A stretch of 57,248 nucleotides of DNA from a virus. Lineage: Duplodnaviria > Caudoviricetes. Shown piece after piece: positions 29,955 to 40,041 of the stretch. The stretch lies in the IMG/VR virus record IMGVR_UViG_3300007276_000057, positions 1 to 57,248 of that record; one strand, written 5' to 3'. A program made the position numbers and the translations under genes. The notes below the pieces were generated by a model. That model worked only from the letters and a program-made list of their open reading frames with translations, was not told the origin of the DNA and did not search any database. How positions within the stretch are numbered: the stretch's first letter is position 1; every line of letters starts with the position of its first letter.

Positions 29955-30801
29955 AAACGACGGTAGCACACATGAGAGCGGAGTTAAGGCTGAACATAAT
30001 TTTATTGGTAGAATCTTTGATGCCGAACATGAACAGTTTCTCTCACATGGAGAAGATTTATTCCCAGATTTATTAGGCAAATCTTGTATTGTTGAGCACA
30101 AAGGTGGTCCAAATAACAAGGCAGACTGTATTATTAAAGATGCCGATGGAAATAAAGTTAAAAATGTTTCAAACAAAAAGAAGGAAAAAGTACCTGTGGG
30201 TTCGTGGGACTGGGCCAATTCAAGTTCAATTGTTACAGAAAACCCTGAGTGGTTCGCAGATGCTTTAAGTGCTGCTGAAACCCATAGGAAGTCGGTTGAG
30301 AGTAATATAGGAGTCGCCCGGAGAGAAATTGATAATAACAAATCAAAAGCAAAAACGGAAGTCAATAAAGCTTGTAATAAAAATTTGAGAGAAATGACAT
30401 CGGATAGAATAAAACATGTTCTTCGAGAAACTGTTATTAATAAAAATCAGGACATAACTGTAGTTGTTTCCGATCTTGAGAACTCTGTTGATAGTTCATG
30501 GTCGTTTATGGAACATCCTTTACTTGATGTGATCGATACCCACACAGCAACTCTTGAAGGTAAATTTTTAAACAATGACAATATAACATCTGCGCGAATC
30601 GTATTTGCGAAAGGCGATGAACGAAGAGATGAGGGTTTAAGGATGCGAATAACCACAAACAACGGCTTTGGTGCTCTTGTGGGTGACCCCAAATCTACCA
30701 ACAAGGATAGCCAAATTGTCGTGAAGATTCAACAAGACAAGTGCGATAAATTACTTGAAAGAGTTCAAAAGAAAGGCAAGTTAATAGCCAAATCATTTTA
30801 A
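29944..30801 (+). CDS. Putative PD-(D/E)xK restriction-type endonuclease
   Basis: AE..KGG..KADC..VSNKKK catalytic-like pattern; overlaps the MTase. Confidence 0.55.
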   Translation: MAFKNDGSTHESGVKAEHNFIGRIFDAEHEQFLSHGEDLFPDLLGKSCIVEHKGGPNNKADCIIKDADGNKVKNVSNKKKEKVPVGSWDWANSSSIVTENPEWFADALSAAETHRKSVESNIGVARREIDNNKSKAKTEVNKACNKNLREMTSDRIKHVLRETVINKNQDITVVVSDLENSVDSSWSFMEHPLLDVIDTHTATLEGKFLNNDNITSARIVFAKGDERRDEGLRMRITTNNGFGALVGDPKSTNKDSQIVVKIQQDKCDKLLERVQKKGKLIAKSF

Positions 30802-30811
30802 GGAAAATACA

Positions 30812-31246
30812 ATGAAAATAAATATTAAAAAATTACACCCAAATGCTGTTGTTCCAAAGTATGCTAAAGCTGGCGATGCTGGTATGGACTTGTATGCTAC
30901 AGAACAGGGCGAAGCAGATAAGTATGGTAATATGGTTTATAAAACCGGACTGGCTATGGAAATCCCTGACGGACATGTCGGTTTAATTTATCCGCGTTCA
31001 TCAGTATCAAAGACTCCGCACATGTTAAGAAATCATGTCGGCGTTATTGACTCTGGGTATCGCGGCGAGATTATGCTAAAGTTTGGCTGGTATGAGACAA
31101 GCGATACACAAACCCCAGTCTATGAAGCAGGTGATCGTATAGGGCAGCTTATTGTTATGCCTCACCCAAAAGTTCAATTCAACGAAGTAGAGGAGCTTTC
31201 TGATACTGATCGTGGTGCCGGTGGGTTCGGGAGTACCGGATCATGA
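30812..31246 (+). CDS. dut: dUTPase (trimeric)
   Basis: AGMDL, PRSS, GVIDSGYRGE, RIGQ, RGAGGFGSTG. Confidence 0.96.
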   Translation: MKINIKKLHPNAVVPKYAKAGDAGMDLYATEQGEADKYGNMVYKTGLAMEIPDGHVGLIYPRSSVSKTPHMLRNHVGVIDSGYRGEIMLKFGWYETSDTQTPVYEAGDRIGQLIVMPHPKVQFNEVEELSDTDRGAGGFGSTGS

Positions 31247-31521
31247 ACCGAGCCGAACGAAGAGCAAGAGAGCGAGCCCTAAAGAAAGCAGGGAAGAAAG
31301 GAACAGAAATGGAGCAAAAACTTGGTTTATTTGATAAAATACCAAAAAACTGCTTGACATGTCATAAGGACTTTGATAAGTTAAATAAAGAGATGGTAAT
31401 GAGTTGGAATGTTATCGTCCGAGAGGCAGAAGGAGTAGTCAGGCTTTATTGTCCTGATTGCTGGAACAAAGCAACCGAATTCGCAAAAGAAATGCGAGAC
31501 CTTGGAGACAAAAATGATTAG
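31243..31521 (+). CDS. Zn-finger hypothetical protein
   Basis: MNRAERR start; CLTC..CPDC. Confidence 0.65.
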   Translation: MNRAERRARERALKKAGKKGTEMEQKLGLFDKIPKNCLTCHKDFDKLNKEMVMSWNVIVREAEGVVRLYCPDCWNKATEFAKEMRDLGDKND

Positions 31522-31846
31522 TTTATTATTAACAGCATGTCTAGCAGCAGCCAGCACTGGTGGTCGCACTATGTTTCAATCACAGGCAAAACTACCTAAT
31601 GCTACATTTCAATACCGTTGTGTTGAAGACACGACAATGAATTGGACTTTTGTTTTTGTTCGTGCTCAAGGCTGTGCTCTCAAGGGCTCTAATATAACTG
31701 TTACCACTATGTTTGAGTCTGATAAGTCTTATCACTTACATGAAGTAGCGACTTGCGAATACGGAACAAAGTTGTTTCTGGGCAAGACACCGTGCAAAGA
31801 TATAACTGATGTAGCCTTAAACAATGTTCTCGGAGAAAACAAATGA
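31514..31846 (+). CDS. Exported/lipoprotein-like protein
   Basis: MISLLLTAC hydrophobic start; several Cys. Confidence 0.55.
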   Translation: MISLLLTACLAAASTGGRTMFQSQAKLPNATFQYRCVEDTTMNWTFVFVRAQGCALKGSNITVTTMFESDKSYHLHEVATCEYGTKLFLGKTPCKDITDVALNNVLGENK

Positions 31847-32151
31847 AAATATTTCTATTACTTCTCGCTGCTTGTGGCGATGCCGTCTCAGATTATCCTC
31901 TTCCACAAGAACTTTATGAATGGGATTGTCGAGACTTTGAGGATTTTACAGAAGTTAAGGTAGCAACAGAGACCTGTGATGAGCAAGTTAAATTTATTAT
32001 TGCTGAACTTCACTTGGACGATGGAAGTGTACAAAAAACAAATTTAAAGAAACCAGCAGTTGTTGATTGTTATTGGGAGGAAAGTTTTTTGCTGACTGAT
32101 GAGATTTGTATGAATGTTGAAGGTGTTGCTCTCACTGCTTGGGCTGAATAA
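31843..32151 (+). CDS. Lipoprotein
   Basis: MKIFLLLLAACGD lipobox. Confidence 0.65.
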   Translation: MKIFLLLLAACGDAVSDYPLPQELYEWDCRDFEDFTEVKVATETCDEQVKFIIAELHLDDGSVQKTNLKKPAVVDCYWEESFLLTDEICMNVEGVALTAWAE

Positions 32152-33191
32152 TGATTATAGATAAAGAAGGTATGATGAAAAATAATATTAAAGAAACGGT
32201 AACCTTTGACGATCTCTTATTGGTTCCTCAATACTCAGAGATTCTAAGTCGAAAGACAATCAACCTTTCCAGCGAGTTGGATATGAAAAGGAAGTTTGAT
32301 CTTCCAATTGTTTCGTCTCCAATGGACACCGTGACTGGCGCGACAATGGCTAGTGCTATGAATAAGGCTGGAGGCTTTGGTGTTATTCATCGCTATAATT
32401 CAATTGAAGAACAGTGCGATAAAATAAAGAGAACAAATGGAACACCAGCCGCCGCAATCGGAGTCACGGGTGATTATTTAGAAAGAGCAATGTCTCTTGT
32501 AAAAGCTGGCTGTGATATATTATGTGTTGATGTTGCCCATGGTCACCATGCTCTTATGCGACATGCTTTAAAAACGTTAAGGAATACAATAGGTTATGAT
32601 ATTCATATCATGGCTGGGAATGTTGCTACCTTGGAAGCTTTCAATGATTTGGCTGACTGGGGTGCTAATTCTATCCGGGTTGGTATCGGTGGTGGATCAA
32701 TCTGCTCAACAAGGATACAAACCGGACATGGTGTTCCAACTTTACAATCGGTTATGGACTGCTCTCGATCCGATAGATCGGCAGCATTGATCGCTGACGG
32801 TGGAATCAAAACACCTGGCGACATCGTAAAGTCTCTTGCCGCTGGTGCAGACTTTGTTATGCTTGGTTCTATGCTTGCCGGAACAGCCGAATCACCGGGG
32901 CAAGTGTTTCATAACAAGGGCAAACAATATAAATCTTATCGAGGTATGGCTTCAGTTGAAGCACAAATTGACTGGAGAGGTCACACCGCCTCAGTTGAGG
33001 GAGTATCTCACACTATACCATATAAAGGTTCGGTTGTAGAGATCCTGATGAGCCTTGAAGGTAGTATCAGAAGTGGACTATCTTATACAGGTGCTTTAAA
33101 TCTTAGTGACTTGAGGTCCAAGTCTCAATTCATTAAACAAACTGCCGCTGGTCAAACAGAAAGTAGTACCCACATCAAATCAAGGTACTAA
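32151..33191 (+). CDS. IMP dehydrogenase / GMP reductase family (no CBS domain)
   Basis: TFDDLLLVP, SPMDTV, DVAHGH, GIGGGSICSTR, ADGGI, YRGMAS. Confidence 0.9.
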   Translation: MIIDKEGMMKNNIKETVTFDDLLLVPQYSEILSRKTINLSSELDMKRKFDLPIVSSPMDTVTGATMASAMNKAGGFGVIHRYNSIEEQCDKIKRTNGTPAAAIGVTGDYLERAMSLVKAGCDILCVDVAHGHHALMRHALKTLRNTIGYDIHIMAGNVATLEAFNDLADWGANSIRVGIGGGSICSTRIQTGHGVPTLQSVMDCSRSDRSAALIADGGIKTPGDIVKSLAAGADFVMLGSMLAGTAESPGQVFHNKGKQYKSYRGMASVEAQIDWRGHTASVEGVSHTIPYKGSVVEILMSLEGSIRSGLSYTGALNLSDLRSKSQFIKQTAAGQTESSTHIKSRY

Positions 33192-33198
33192 TTAAAGT

Positions 33199-33522
33199 AT
33201 GGCCGAGAACAAAGATAAAAAAGTTATCTTCTCTGATACTCATATTCGACACGCTCAATTGAGAATTAGATTAGATCACGACGGGTTCACACAATCAGAA
33301 TTCTTTCGCTGCATTGTGAGCGGTTACTTGGAGAAAGATCAAGACCTAATGGAATATGTTAGGAAATATAAATCTGAGCACAAAGTTCAGAGTAAACGAA
33401 AAATGAAGTATATAGAGAAAGATAAGAAGATCGCCGAGGATTTAATGGGTCAATTTGGTATCAAAGATGGAGAACTAGAAAACATTTTTGACTTAATTGC
33501 CGAAGAACACCCAGATTTATAA
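33199..33522 (+). CDS. Hypothetical protein (possible RHH-like DNA binding)
   Basis: Beta-helix-helix-like start, TQSEFFR. Confidence 0.55.
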   Translation: MAENKDKKVIFSDTHIRHAQLRIRLDHDGFTQSEFFRCIVSGYLEKDQDLMEYVRKYKSEHKVQSKRKMKYIEKDKKIAEDLMGQFGIKDGELENIFDLIAEEHPDL

Positions 33523-33587
33523 AACTTGGCTTTTTTTGTTTTTTCAACCTATTTACTGTGAAAAGCTTTTTAAGGAGAAAATTTAAA

Positions 33588-34193
33588 ATGAGCAAGAAAC
33601 TTTTGAATGAAGCCGCCGTCCGTCGTTTTATGGGACTTGCAGGCATGCAAGCTAACATGGTTAGCAACACAGTCACAGAAATGTACAAAAACGAAGAAGA
33701 AGAGGAAATGGCTGAAACAGTTGAAGCTACAACCGAAACTGTAACAGAAGAAGAAGTAAATGAGGACGCTCATAAAGAAACAGAAGAAGGTGAGCACATG
33801 GAAGAAGATATGAATGCCATGGAAGGTGAGCACGAAGATCCTGTTGAAGACGAAATGATGGGTGAACCAGAAATGGACGCCGCTCCTGAAATGGAAATCA
33901 CTTCTGAAGAAGCCGAAGTTCTTGCTAACGTCTTACAGAAGCTAATGGCTGCTAAAGGCGATATGGCTGACGAACCAGAAATGGACATGGACGCTGAAGA
34001 AGAAGTTGAAATGGCTGACGATGATGCTGTTGAAGCTGAAGAAGACGAAGAAGATGCAATGGCTATGATGGAAGAAAAAGAAGAAGAAATGAACGAAGAC
34101 GAAATCGTTCAAGAAGTCGCTCGTCGTGTCGCTGCTAGAATTTTGAAAGCTAAAAAAGCTCAAAAGGAAATGAATGAAGCTCTTGGAAAATAA
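33588..34193 (+). CDS. Highly acidic protein, possible prohead core/scaffold-like
   Basis: E/D/M-rich; LLNE..RRFMGLAG start, EVARRVAARI end. Confidence 0.6.
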   Translation: MSKKLLNEAAVRRFMGLAGMQANMVSNTVTEMYKNEEEEEMAETVEATTETVTEEEVNEDAHKETEEGEHMEEDMNAMEGEHEDPVEDEMMGEPEMDAAPEMEITSEEAEVLANVLQKLMAAKGDMADEPEMDMDAEEEVEMADDDAVEAEEDEEDAMAMMEEKEEEMNEDEIVQEVARRVAARILKAKKAQKEMNEALGK

Positions 34194-34267
34194 TTTGACA
34201 AGAATTATTTCTTGAGTTATAATGGATAGGACGGGCAATTGCTTCGTCCTTTCTTTTTGGAGGCACC

Positions 34268-34663
34268 GTGGAATATTACAGTACATTTTTTATAGGCTTA
34301 ATTGCAGGGATAATAATTCTAAGAATATGGGATTACCTTTATGCCACGGGAGCAATTGTTCTCGCTATGAAATCTTGTATCAAAGATTCCATTGTTATGA
34401 TCGCGAAGAATGTTCAATCGGTTTATGAGATCAATAATTTAAAATACATTGCTTTGGAAATGTCTGATAAAGACGAGAAGTATGTAGATTTTCAGAAAGC
34501 CATGGACACACGCGAACTCCATTCAATGAAGAATACTACTATAAGAAATTTTATTAATAGTATACCACCAAAATATAATCACCTCATTCCGTTTAGTGAT
34601 TGGGGAACAGCCATGGATTATATCAATGCTGAATTGCAAAAACAAAAGGAGGGTCAGCAATGA
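34268..34663 (+). CDS. Membrane-anchored hypothetical protein
   Basis: GGAGG RBS, N-terminal TM; promoter TTGACA at 34195. Confidence 0.65.
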   Translation: MEYYSTFFIGLIAGIIILRIWDYLYATGAIVLAMKSCIKDSIVMIAKNVQSVYEINNLKYIALEMSDKDEKYVDFQKAMDTRELHSMKNTTIRNFINSIPPKYNHLIPFSDWGTAMDYINAELQKQKEGQQ

Positions 34664-35301
34664 TTGTAGGATCAGATAAAGATAAGAAGAAAAAGAAAGG
34701 TGACATTGAGGAATCAAAAGAAAACACCGAAGAAGCCCCTGTAAGTGCTTTAGAGCAGTTACTCGGCGGACCACAAAATGAAATCAGAACAATTGGTTTG
34801 ATGGGCGATGTTGATGAAGAGAAAGGGGGCGACCTTATGATGGCGATCCTACTCTTAACAGAATTAAGCGGCAAAGAAGCACCTTATGACCCCATTACAA
34901 TGTATATTTCAACCTACGGCGGCTCTGCTGATGAAATGTTTGGTATCTATGATGTCATGACCAAAGCCAAAAAACAATGTGAAATTCATACAATTGGTGT
35001 TGGTAAGGTTATGTCTGCTGGAACTTTGGTTTTAGCATCGGGTACAAAAGGCAAAAGAAAGATTGGAAGGCACTGCCGTGTTATGATCCATTCTGTTAAC
35101 TCAGGGCATGTCGGAGAACTCCACAGTATTGAGAACGAAGTAAAAGCAGTTAAACATATGCAAGAACTTTATATCAATGCTATGGCTCAAGAAACCAGTA
35201 TGACCAAGAGGCAATTGCAAAAACTTATTGATCGCAAGGTCAATGTTTATTTAAGTGCAGAAGAAGCAATTGAATATGGAATCGCTGACGAAATACTTTA
35301 G
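34660..35301 (+). CDS. clpP: ClpP protease subunit
   Basis: ISTYGG, VMSAG (Ser), MIHS (His), YLSAEEAIEYGIAD. Confidence 0.9.
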   Translation: MIVGSDKDKKKKKGDIEESKENTEEAPVSALEQLLGGPQNEIRTIGLMGDVDEEKGGDLMMAILLLTELSGKEAPYDPITMYISTYGGSADEMFGIYDVMTKAKKQCEIHTIGVGKVMSAGTLVLASGTKGKRKIGRHCRVMIHSVNSGHVGELHSIENEVKAVKHMQELYINAMAQETSMTKRQLQKLIDRKVNVYLSAEEAIEYGIADEIL

Positions 35302-35309
35302 AGGAAATT

Positions 35310-36206
35310 ATGGATAAGATATTTTATAATGAAGCTTCCGCTGCGAAGCTTGGTTGGGAACCCGATTGGTTTGGAGCCGAAGAGATTGATGAAGATTTGA
35401 TTGAAAAGGTCATTGAGTTTCAAAAGTCTCTTGGGCTCACAGCCGATGGCTTGGTAGGACCAACAACACACCGTAGAATCTGGACACACAGAGAGTCACA
35501 ACTTTCTTCGTATCCACAATTAGAAATGAGAAATGCTCCGAGAATTAATAATATTATTTATAATAATGAATACTTTGAGATTGAATGGCCCAAGGTCATT
35601 CTTCCTTTCAATCACGGTGGTCTTGGACACAAGAAAGGCTTTAAGAAAGTATACGAAAAAAGACAACCAGATATGTTTGTTTGTCATTGGGATGTATGCT
35701 TATCCGCAGAGTCGTGCTTCAAGGTCTTAACCAAGCGAGGAATCAGTGTTCACTTCACTATAGATAATGACGGAACCATCAGGCAGCATTTAGATATGAA
35801 TCATATTGGCTGGCATGCTGGCTCAAGAAAACACAATGCTCAGACCATTGGAGTGGAAATCTCTAATGCCTATTATTTGAAACATCAAGATTGGTATGTA
35901 AGAAATGGGTTTGGAGAACGACCAATCATTAAAGGACAAAAGGTTCATGGCAAATCTATGAAACCATTCCTTGGATTCTATCCAGTTCAAATTGAAGCAC
36001 TTCAAGCCCTAATGAAAGCGGTACACGAAGCAACAGGAATTCCTTTGAAATGTCCTCTCGACAGAGACGGAAATACAAGTTATGTTTCAAGCACATCGGC
36101 GGTGAGAGGAAGCTTTAAAGGTTTTGTTTCGCACTATCACCTTACAAAGCGAAAGATCGATTGTGCCGGTTTAGATCTTCGCAAGTTGTTAGATGAAATT
36201 AAGTGA
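35310..36206 (+). CDS. N-acetylmuramoyl-L-alanine amidase with PG-binding domain (endolysin)
   Basis: FQKSLGLTADGLVGP, SVHFTID, WHAG, IGVEI, SHY..KIDC. Confidence 0.88.
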   Translation: MDKIFYNEASAAKLGWEPDWFGAEEIDEDLIEKVIEFQKSLGLTADGLVGPTTHRRIWTHRESQLSSYPQLEMRNAPRINNIIYNNEYFEIEWPKVILPFNHGGLGHKKGFKKVYEKRQPDMFVCHWDVCLSAESCFKVLTKRGISVHFTIDNDGTIRQHLDMNHIGWHAGSRKHNAQTIGVEISNAYYLKHQDWYVRNGFGERPIIKGQKVHGKSMKPFLGFYPVQIEALQALMKAVHEATGIPLKCPLDRDGNTSYVSSTSAVRGSFKGFVSHYHLTKRKIDCAGLDLRKLLDEIK

Positions 36207-36287
36207 AGAATATAAGAAAGTCGCTAATAAGAACAAGAAGAAATTCAGATTGGTTTGAACTAAATAGATATAAGGAGACCCCAAAAA

Positions 36288-37220
36288 ATGAACAAGAACC
36301 TAAGCCAACTCGATAAACTCATTGTCGAAATCCTCCGCGAAAAAAATTTACTACAGGAACAAGCACCTGTCGCGAAAGTCAAACAAGTGGAATCACTTCC
36401 ATTCCCTAAGCTTGCTATCACAGAGAATTGGGGGAGACCGGGAAACAAAACACCGGAACTTGTTATGTCCATCTTTGGAAAGATTGAAGGTAATTCGATT
36501 CAAGCAAAGATAGATTATCTCACTCGTTTCTTTATTGATGAATGTAGTGTTAATGTATGTGGTCAGATTGATAAAGCCCTTTCGGGAATCCTTGTTCTCG
36601 ATGTTCTTAGTTCGGTTCTAAACGATTACGGAGCATCCAGTGGAGGGTTCTTATTTGAAAACTTTATGGCTCTCTTGGCTCAAGGTTCTGTCGAATCTGG
36701 AAACAGAAATATCGTTGATTTTAATATTGGCGGCGACTTGGAAGACCTTTCCAAAACAGCCAGTCTAAAGTTGATTAAGCCGACTACTCAGATCAAAGGC
36801 AGTATTGCTCTTTTAAAGCAAGTTCTTGAAAGAGATCCAAGCGGGATTACTTATATTGTTGGAATGAAGGGCGAAGACCTTGCAAGTGTTAGAATATATC
36901 AAGTTACCCTAACCGCAGACAACTGGAAAGAAATGGTCAAGCCCATCAAAGAAGGCGATACGCAGTTTGTTATTGATAAAAAAATCGTATTGGACAATCC
37001 AATCGCAGAATTATCGGGACTTTCACCAGAAAACTTGAGTCGCTCCGCGAGACTTATCTTGGACTCCATCGACGAAAACATCGGCAAGATTTATTCAAAT
37101 CTAAAATTATTATCCGATAATATGACAAAATATTTTATTGATAATAATGCGACTGCTGGAAAGAATGCCGTCGCTACCGCTGACTTACTTAAAAATACCG
37201 TAGAAAAAGTCATCGATTAA
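36288..37220 (+). CDS. Hypothetical protein, possible PD-(D/E)xK nuclease fold, with N-terminal leader
   Basis: GFLFENFM..IVDF..SLKL; leader LDKLIVEILRE. Confidence 0.45.
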   Translation: MNKNLSQLDKLIVEILREKNLLQEQAPVAKVKQVESLPFPKLAITENWGRPGNKTPELVMSIFGKIEGNSIQAKIDYLTRFFIDECSVNVCGQIDKALSGILVLDVLSSVLNDYGASSGGFLFENFMALLAQGSVESGNRNIVDFNIGGDLEDLSKTASLKLIKPTTQIKGSIALLKQVLERDPSGITYIVGMKGEDLASVRIYQVTLTADNWKEMVKPIKEGDTQFVIDKKIVLDNPIAELSGLSPENLSRSARLILDSIDENIGKIYSNLKLLSDNMTKYFIDNNATAGKNAVATADLLKNTVEKVID

Positions 37221-37221
37221 C

Positions 37222-37250
37222 TTGACAACCACCCTAAATGTGATTATAAT
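37222..37250 (+). promoter_or_regulatory. sigma70-type promoter
   Basis: TTGACA-17-TATAAT. Confidence 0.8.
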
Positions 37251-37277
37251 ATATATGTCTATAAAATTGGAGGACTA

Positions 37278-38849
37278 ATGACTAAGCATTATAGCAACGG
37301 TCAAGGACTGAATGCGAAACTGTTGAGCGGAATCAACAAGCTTGCCGATAATGTCGGAAGCACCCTCGGCCCCAAGGGCCGCAATGTTATTCTTTATAGT
37401 AAAGAACAAAACCTTCCCGTTGTAACAAAAGACGGGGTAACCATCGCAAAGTTTGTTGAATTCGAAGATCCCTTTGAAAATGTCGGGGCTCAAATTGTAA
37501 AACAAGCCGCCGAGCAATCTGCAAATAATGCTGGCGATGGCACAACAACCACAACGGTTCTTGCCCGTGGTATCATTAACCGAGCACAAAAGTATATTAC
37601 CGCCGGTGTTTCTCCAATTGAACTGAAGCGAGGCATGGATGCAACCACCGAAGCCCTAACGGCTCAACTGAAAAAAATGTCGCGACCTATTCAAAGCGAA
37701 GAGGATATTCGCCATGTTGCAACGATTTCGGCCAACAACGACATCACCATCGGCACTCTTATCGCAAAGGCTGTTGATTGTGCTGGTAAAGACGGCTCTG
37801 TTATTGTTGAAGAAGCAAGGTCGCTTGAGACTTCCCTTGATTTAATCGAAGGCTTCAGGTTTGATTCTGGGTATCTTGCATCAGCATTTATTACCGATGA
37901 AAGAAACGGAACCATTAATTATGAGAACCCTTTGATTCTTGTTACAGATGAAAAGATTGAACATGTTGATCAGATTCTTCCGGTTCTTGAACTTGCCGCT
38001 CGCGAAAGCAGACCGCTTTTATTTGTTGCGAACGATATTGTTGACCAAGCCCTCGCAGCACTCATTATGAACACTGTTCGGGGCTCCCTAAAGGTCGCTG
38101 CTGTGAAAGCTCCTCGCTATGGTGAAGAACGAAGAAACATTATGAAGGATCTATGTACTTCTATAGGTGCAACCTATCTTACCAGAGAAAACGGACTTCA
38201 ATTAAGAGACATTCAGTTAAAACATTTTGGAAATTGTAAAAAGATTTCTATCAACAAAGGCTGGACCACCATGATTGGCGGCAAAGGAGATCAAAATGAG
38301 ATTGACAAGCAAATTGAAACAATTAAAGCGGAAATTAAAGATACCGAGTCCATCAAAGAGTGCGAGCGTCTGCAAGAACGGATCACTCGTCTTGCTAGTG
38401 GGGTTGCTGTTGTTCGGGTCGGCGCAGCTACGGAAGTTGAAATGATTGAAAAGAAGCACCGAATCGATGATGCTCTTGAAGCGGTGAGATCCGCTCAAAT
38501 GGAGGGTATTGTTTCGGGGGGTGGCTCTGCTCTTATACATGCCGCAAAGTGCATAGAAGTCACCAATTTGAGCGAGGAACAGGCTATTGGTAGAGATATT
38601 GTGCTTGAAGCAATTCAAGAACCTCTAAGACAAATGGCTACAAATGCTGGGCTTTCTCCTGATCTAATTGTTAACCAAGTTATTAATTCAAATGAAGGTG
38701 AAGGTTATAATTTTATGACCAACAAGGTAATCCAGCTTACAAACTCTGGTATCATTGACCCAACTAAAGTGACTCGCTGTGCAATTGAAAATGCTGTCTC
38801 GGTTGCCTCAACTTTATTGACCACCGGACATGCTATTGTATCGCAGTGA
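37278..38849 (+). CDS. groEL: Chaperonin GroEL
   Basis: TLGPKGRNV, TKDGVT, AGDGTTT, GIVSGGG, GIIDP; lacks the GGM tail. Confidence 0.97.
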   Translation: MTKHYSNGQGLNAKLLSGINKLADNVGSTLGPKGRNVILYSKEQNLPVVTKDGVTIAKFVEFEDPFENVGAQIVKQAAEQSANNAGDGTTTTTVLARGIINRAQKYITAGVSPIELKRGMDATTEALTAQLKKMSRPIQSEEDIRHVATISANNDITIGTLIAKAVDCAGKDGSVIVEEARSLETSLDLIEGFRFDSGYLASAFITDERNGTINYENPLILVTDEKIEHVDQILPVLELAARESRPLLFVANDIVDQALAALIMNTVRGSLKVAAVKAPRYGEERRNIMKDLCTSIGATYLTRENGLQLRDIQLKHFGNCKKISINKGWTTMIGGKGDQNEIDKQIETIKAEIKDTESIKECERLQERITRLASGVAVVRVGAATEVEMIEKKHRIDDALEAVRSAQMEGIVSGGGSALIHAAKCIEVTNLSEEQAIGRDIVLEAIQEPLRQMATNAGLSPDLIVNQVINSNEGEGYNFMTNKVIQLTNSGIIDPTKVTRCAIENAVSVASTLLTTGHAIVSQ

Positions 38850-38877
38850 TACTATTTAGGGTTGCGAGGACCCATTT

Positions 38878-39144
38878 ATGACCAATCAAGATATTACACA
38901 CTTAACCCAAGCCATCATGGATCTCAAAGGACAAATCGAAAGAATGTCCGAGAGACAAGGCGAGATGATCGAAGATGTTAAAAAAATTAAAGAAGCGGTC
39001 TATAATCCTGATTCTGGTCTTTATGCTCGTTTACGCGCTCTTGAACAGTGGAAGGAATCGCAAGCAAAAATCCAATGGATGATTGTGGCTACAACGCTTG
39101 GTTTGGTCATAGCAACAATATACAAAGCATTATTTGAAATTTAA
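38878..39144 (+). CDS. Coiled-coil protein with C-terminal TM (holin/XhlA-like)
   Basis: GLYARLRALE followed by one TM. Confidence 0.5.
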   Translation: MTNQDITHLTQAIMDLKGQIERMSERQGEMIEDVKKIKEAVYNPDSGLYARLRALEQWKESQAKIQWMIVATTLGLVIATIYKALFEI

Positions 39145-39155
39145 TGGAGTAAAAA

Positions 39156-39551
39156 ATGAAAGTAAGAGTAAGTTACGCCACAGAATTGGCTTCCCTTACG
39201 GATAAACTATCTGAACTTATGGAACAGAGTATCCTTCCTATTGAACAAGCAGCCGCCTTGGTTAAGTCAGTTTCTTGTGTTCTCAAGATTGAAGGAGATA
39301 ACTCTGTTGAGTATGCACACGATGCTATTGATCGTGTTCGCAAAAGCTTATCCGAAATTGATGAATCACTTGCCGATGTCAGCGGCTTAATGGGTGGCTA
39401 CATTAAAAATGTTCTCAAGCCCGAACCAGCACCACAGCCCATGCCAACGCAGGCACCCCCACCAGTCCCAGTACCGGAGACTACAAAGCCGAACACTTAT
39501 GATTATAAACCAAAGCATTCGGTGCCCCCACACGATTCGGAGAGTGAATAG
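39156..39551 (+). CDS. Hypothetical protein with Pro-rich tail
   Basis: GGAG RBS. Confidence 0.65.
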   Translation: MKVRVSYATELASLTDKLSELMEQSILPIEQAAALVKSVSCVLKIEGDNSVEYAHDAIDRVRKSLSEIDESLADVSGLMGGYIKNVLKPEPAPQPMPTQAPPPVPVPETTKPNTYDYKPKHSVPPHDSESE

Positions 39552-39784
39552 TGTTTTGCATTGGCGATCTTATTAGGGTGCCTTCGCAAGTGGGGCTTTA
39601 CAAAATGAGTAAAGGTTCAATGATTGATTTTTACAAAAGAACAAAAGAGCCTAAAATGGGCATATTTATGAATTACGAAAACACACATGAATGTGTTGTA
39701 AATGTTGACGGGCAAAATTGGCTTGTCGGTTTAGAAGACATAAGAATGATGGAGAAAGAAAATGGTCAAGTTAACCCAAATTAA
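39551..39784 (+). CDS. Small KOW/SH3-like protein
   Basis: FCIGDLI. Confidence 0.6.
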   Translation: MFCIGDLIRVPSQVGLYKMSKGSMIDFYKRTKEPKMGIFMNYENTHECVVNVDGQNWLVGLEDIRMMEKENGQVNPN

Positions 39785-40040
39785 AAAGAATTCCTACAAT
39801 AGCTATATTTTAACAAGTGTTTATGTTAATCCTAAGCATATTGTTTTTATGGCTGAAGAACCAAAGCTAAAAACTGAATTGGTTGAGGGAAAAATAAATC
39901 TAGGATTGGATAAAAATATTGTTTTTACCGAAATTAGATTAAACGACAGTCATCGAATCACGAACTTAACTGTTGTAGGCACACCAGAAATGATTGAAAG
40001 CAAAATAAGCACTTCCTCAAGAAAATTATTGAGAGATTAA
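39762..40040 (+). CDS. Hypothetical protein (FlbD-like pattern)
   Basis: MVKLT..VYVNPKHI..TEI..VVGTPE. Confidence 0.5.
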   Translation: MVKLTQIKKNSYNSYILTSVYVNPKHIVFMAEEPKLKTELVEGKINLGLDKNIVFTEIRLNDSHRITNLTVVGTPEMIESKISTSSRKLLRD

Positions 40041-40041
40041 A

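Noticed and set aside
32151-33191. Assigning guaB specifically
   Set aside because: No CBS domain and no obvious RY flap dyad; IMPDH versus GMP reductase cannot be resolved by eye
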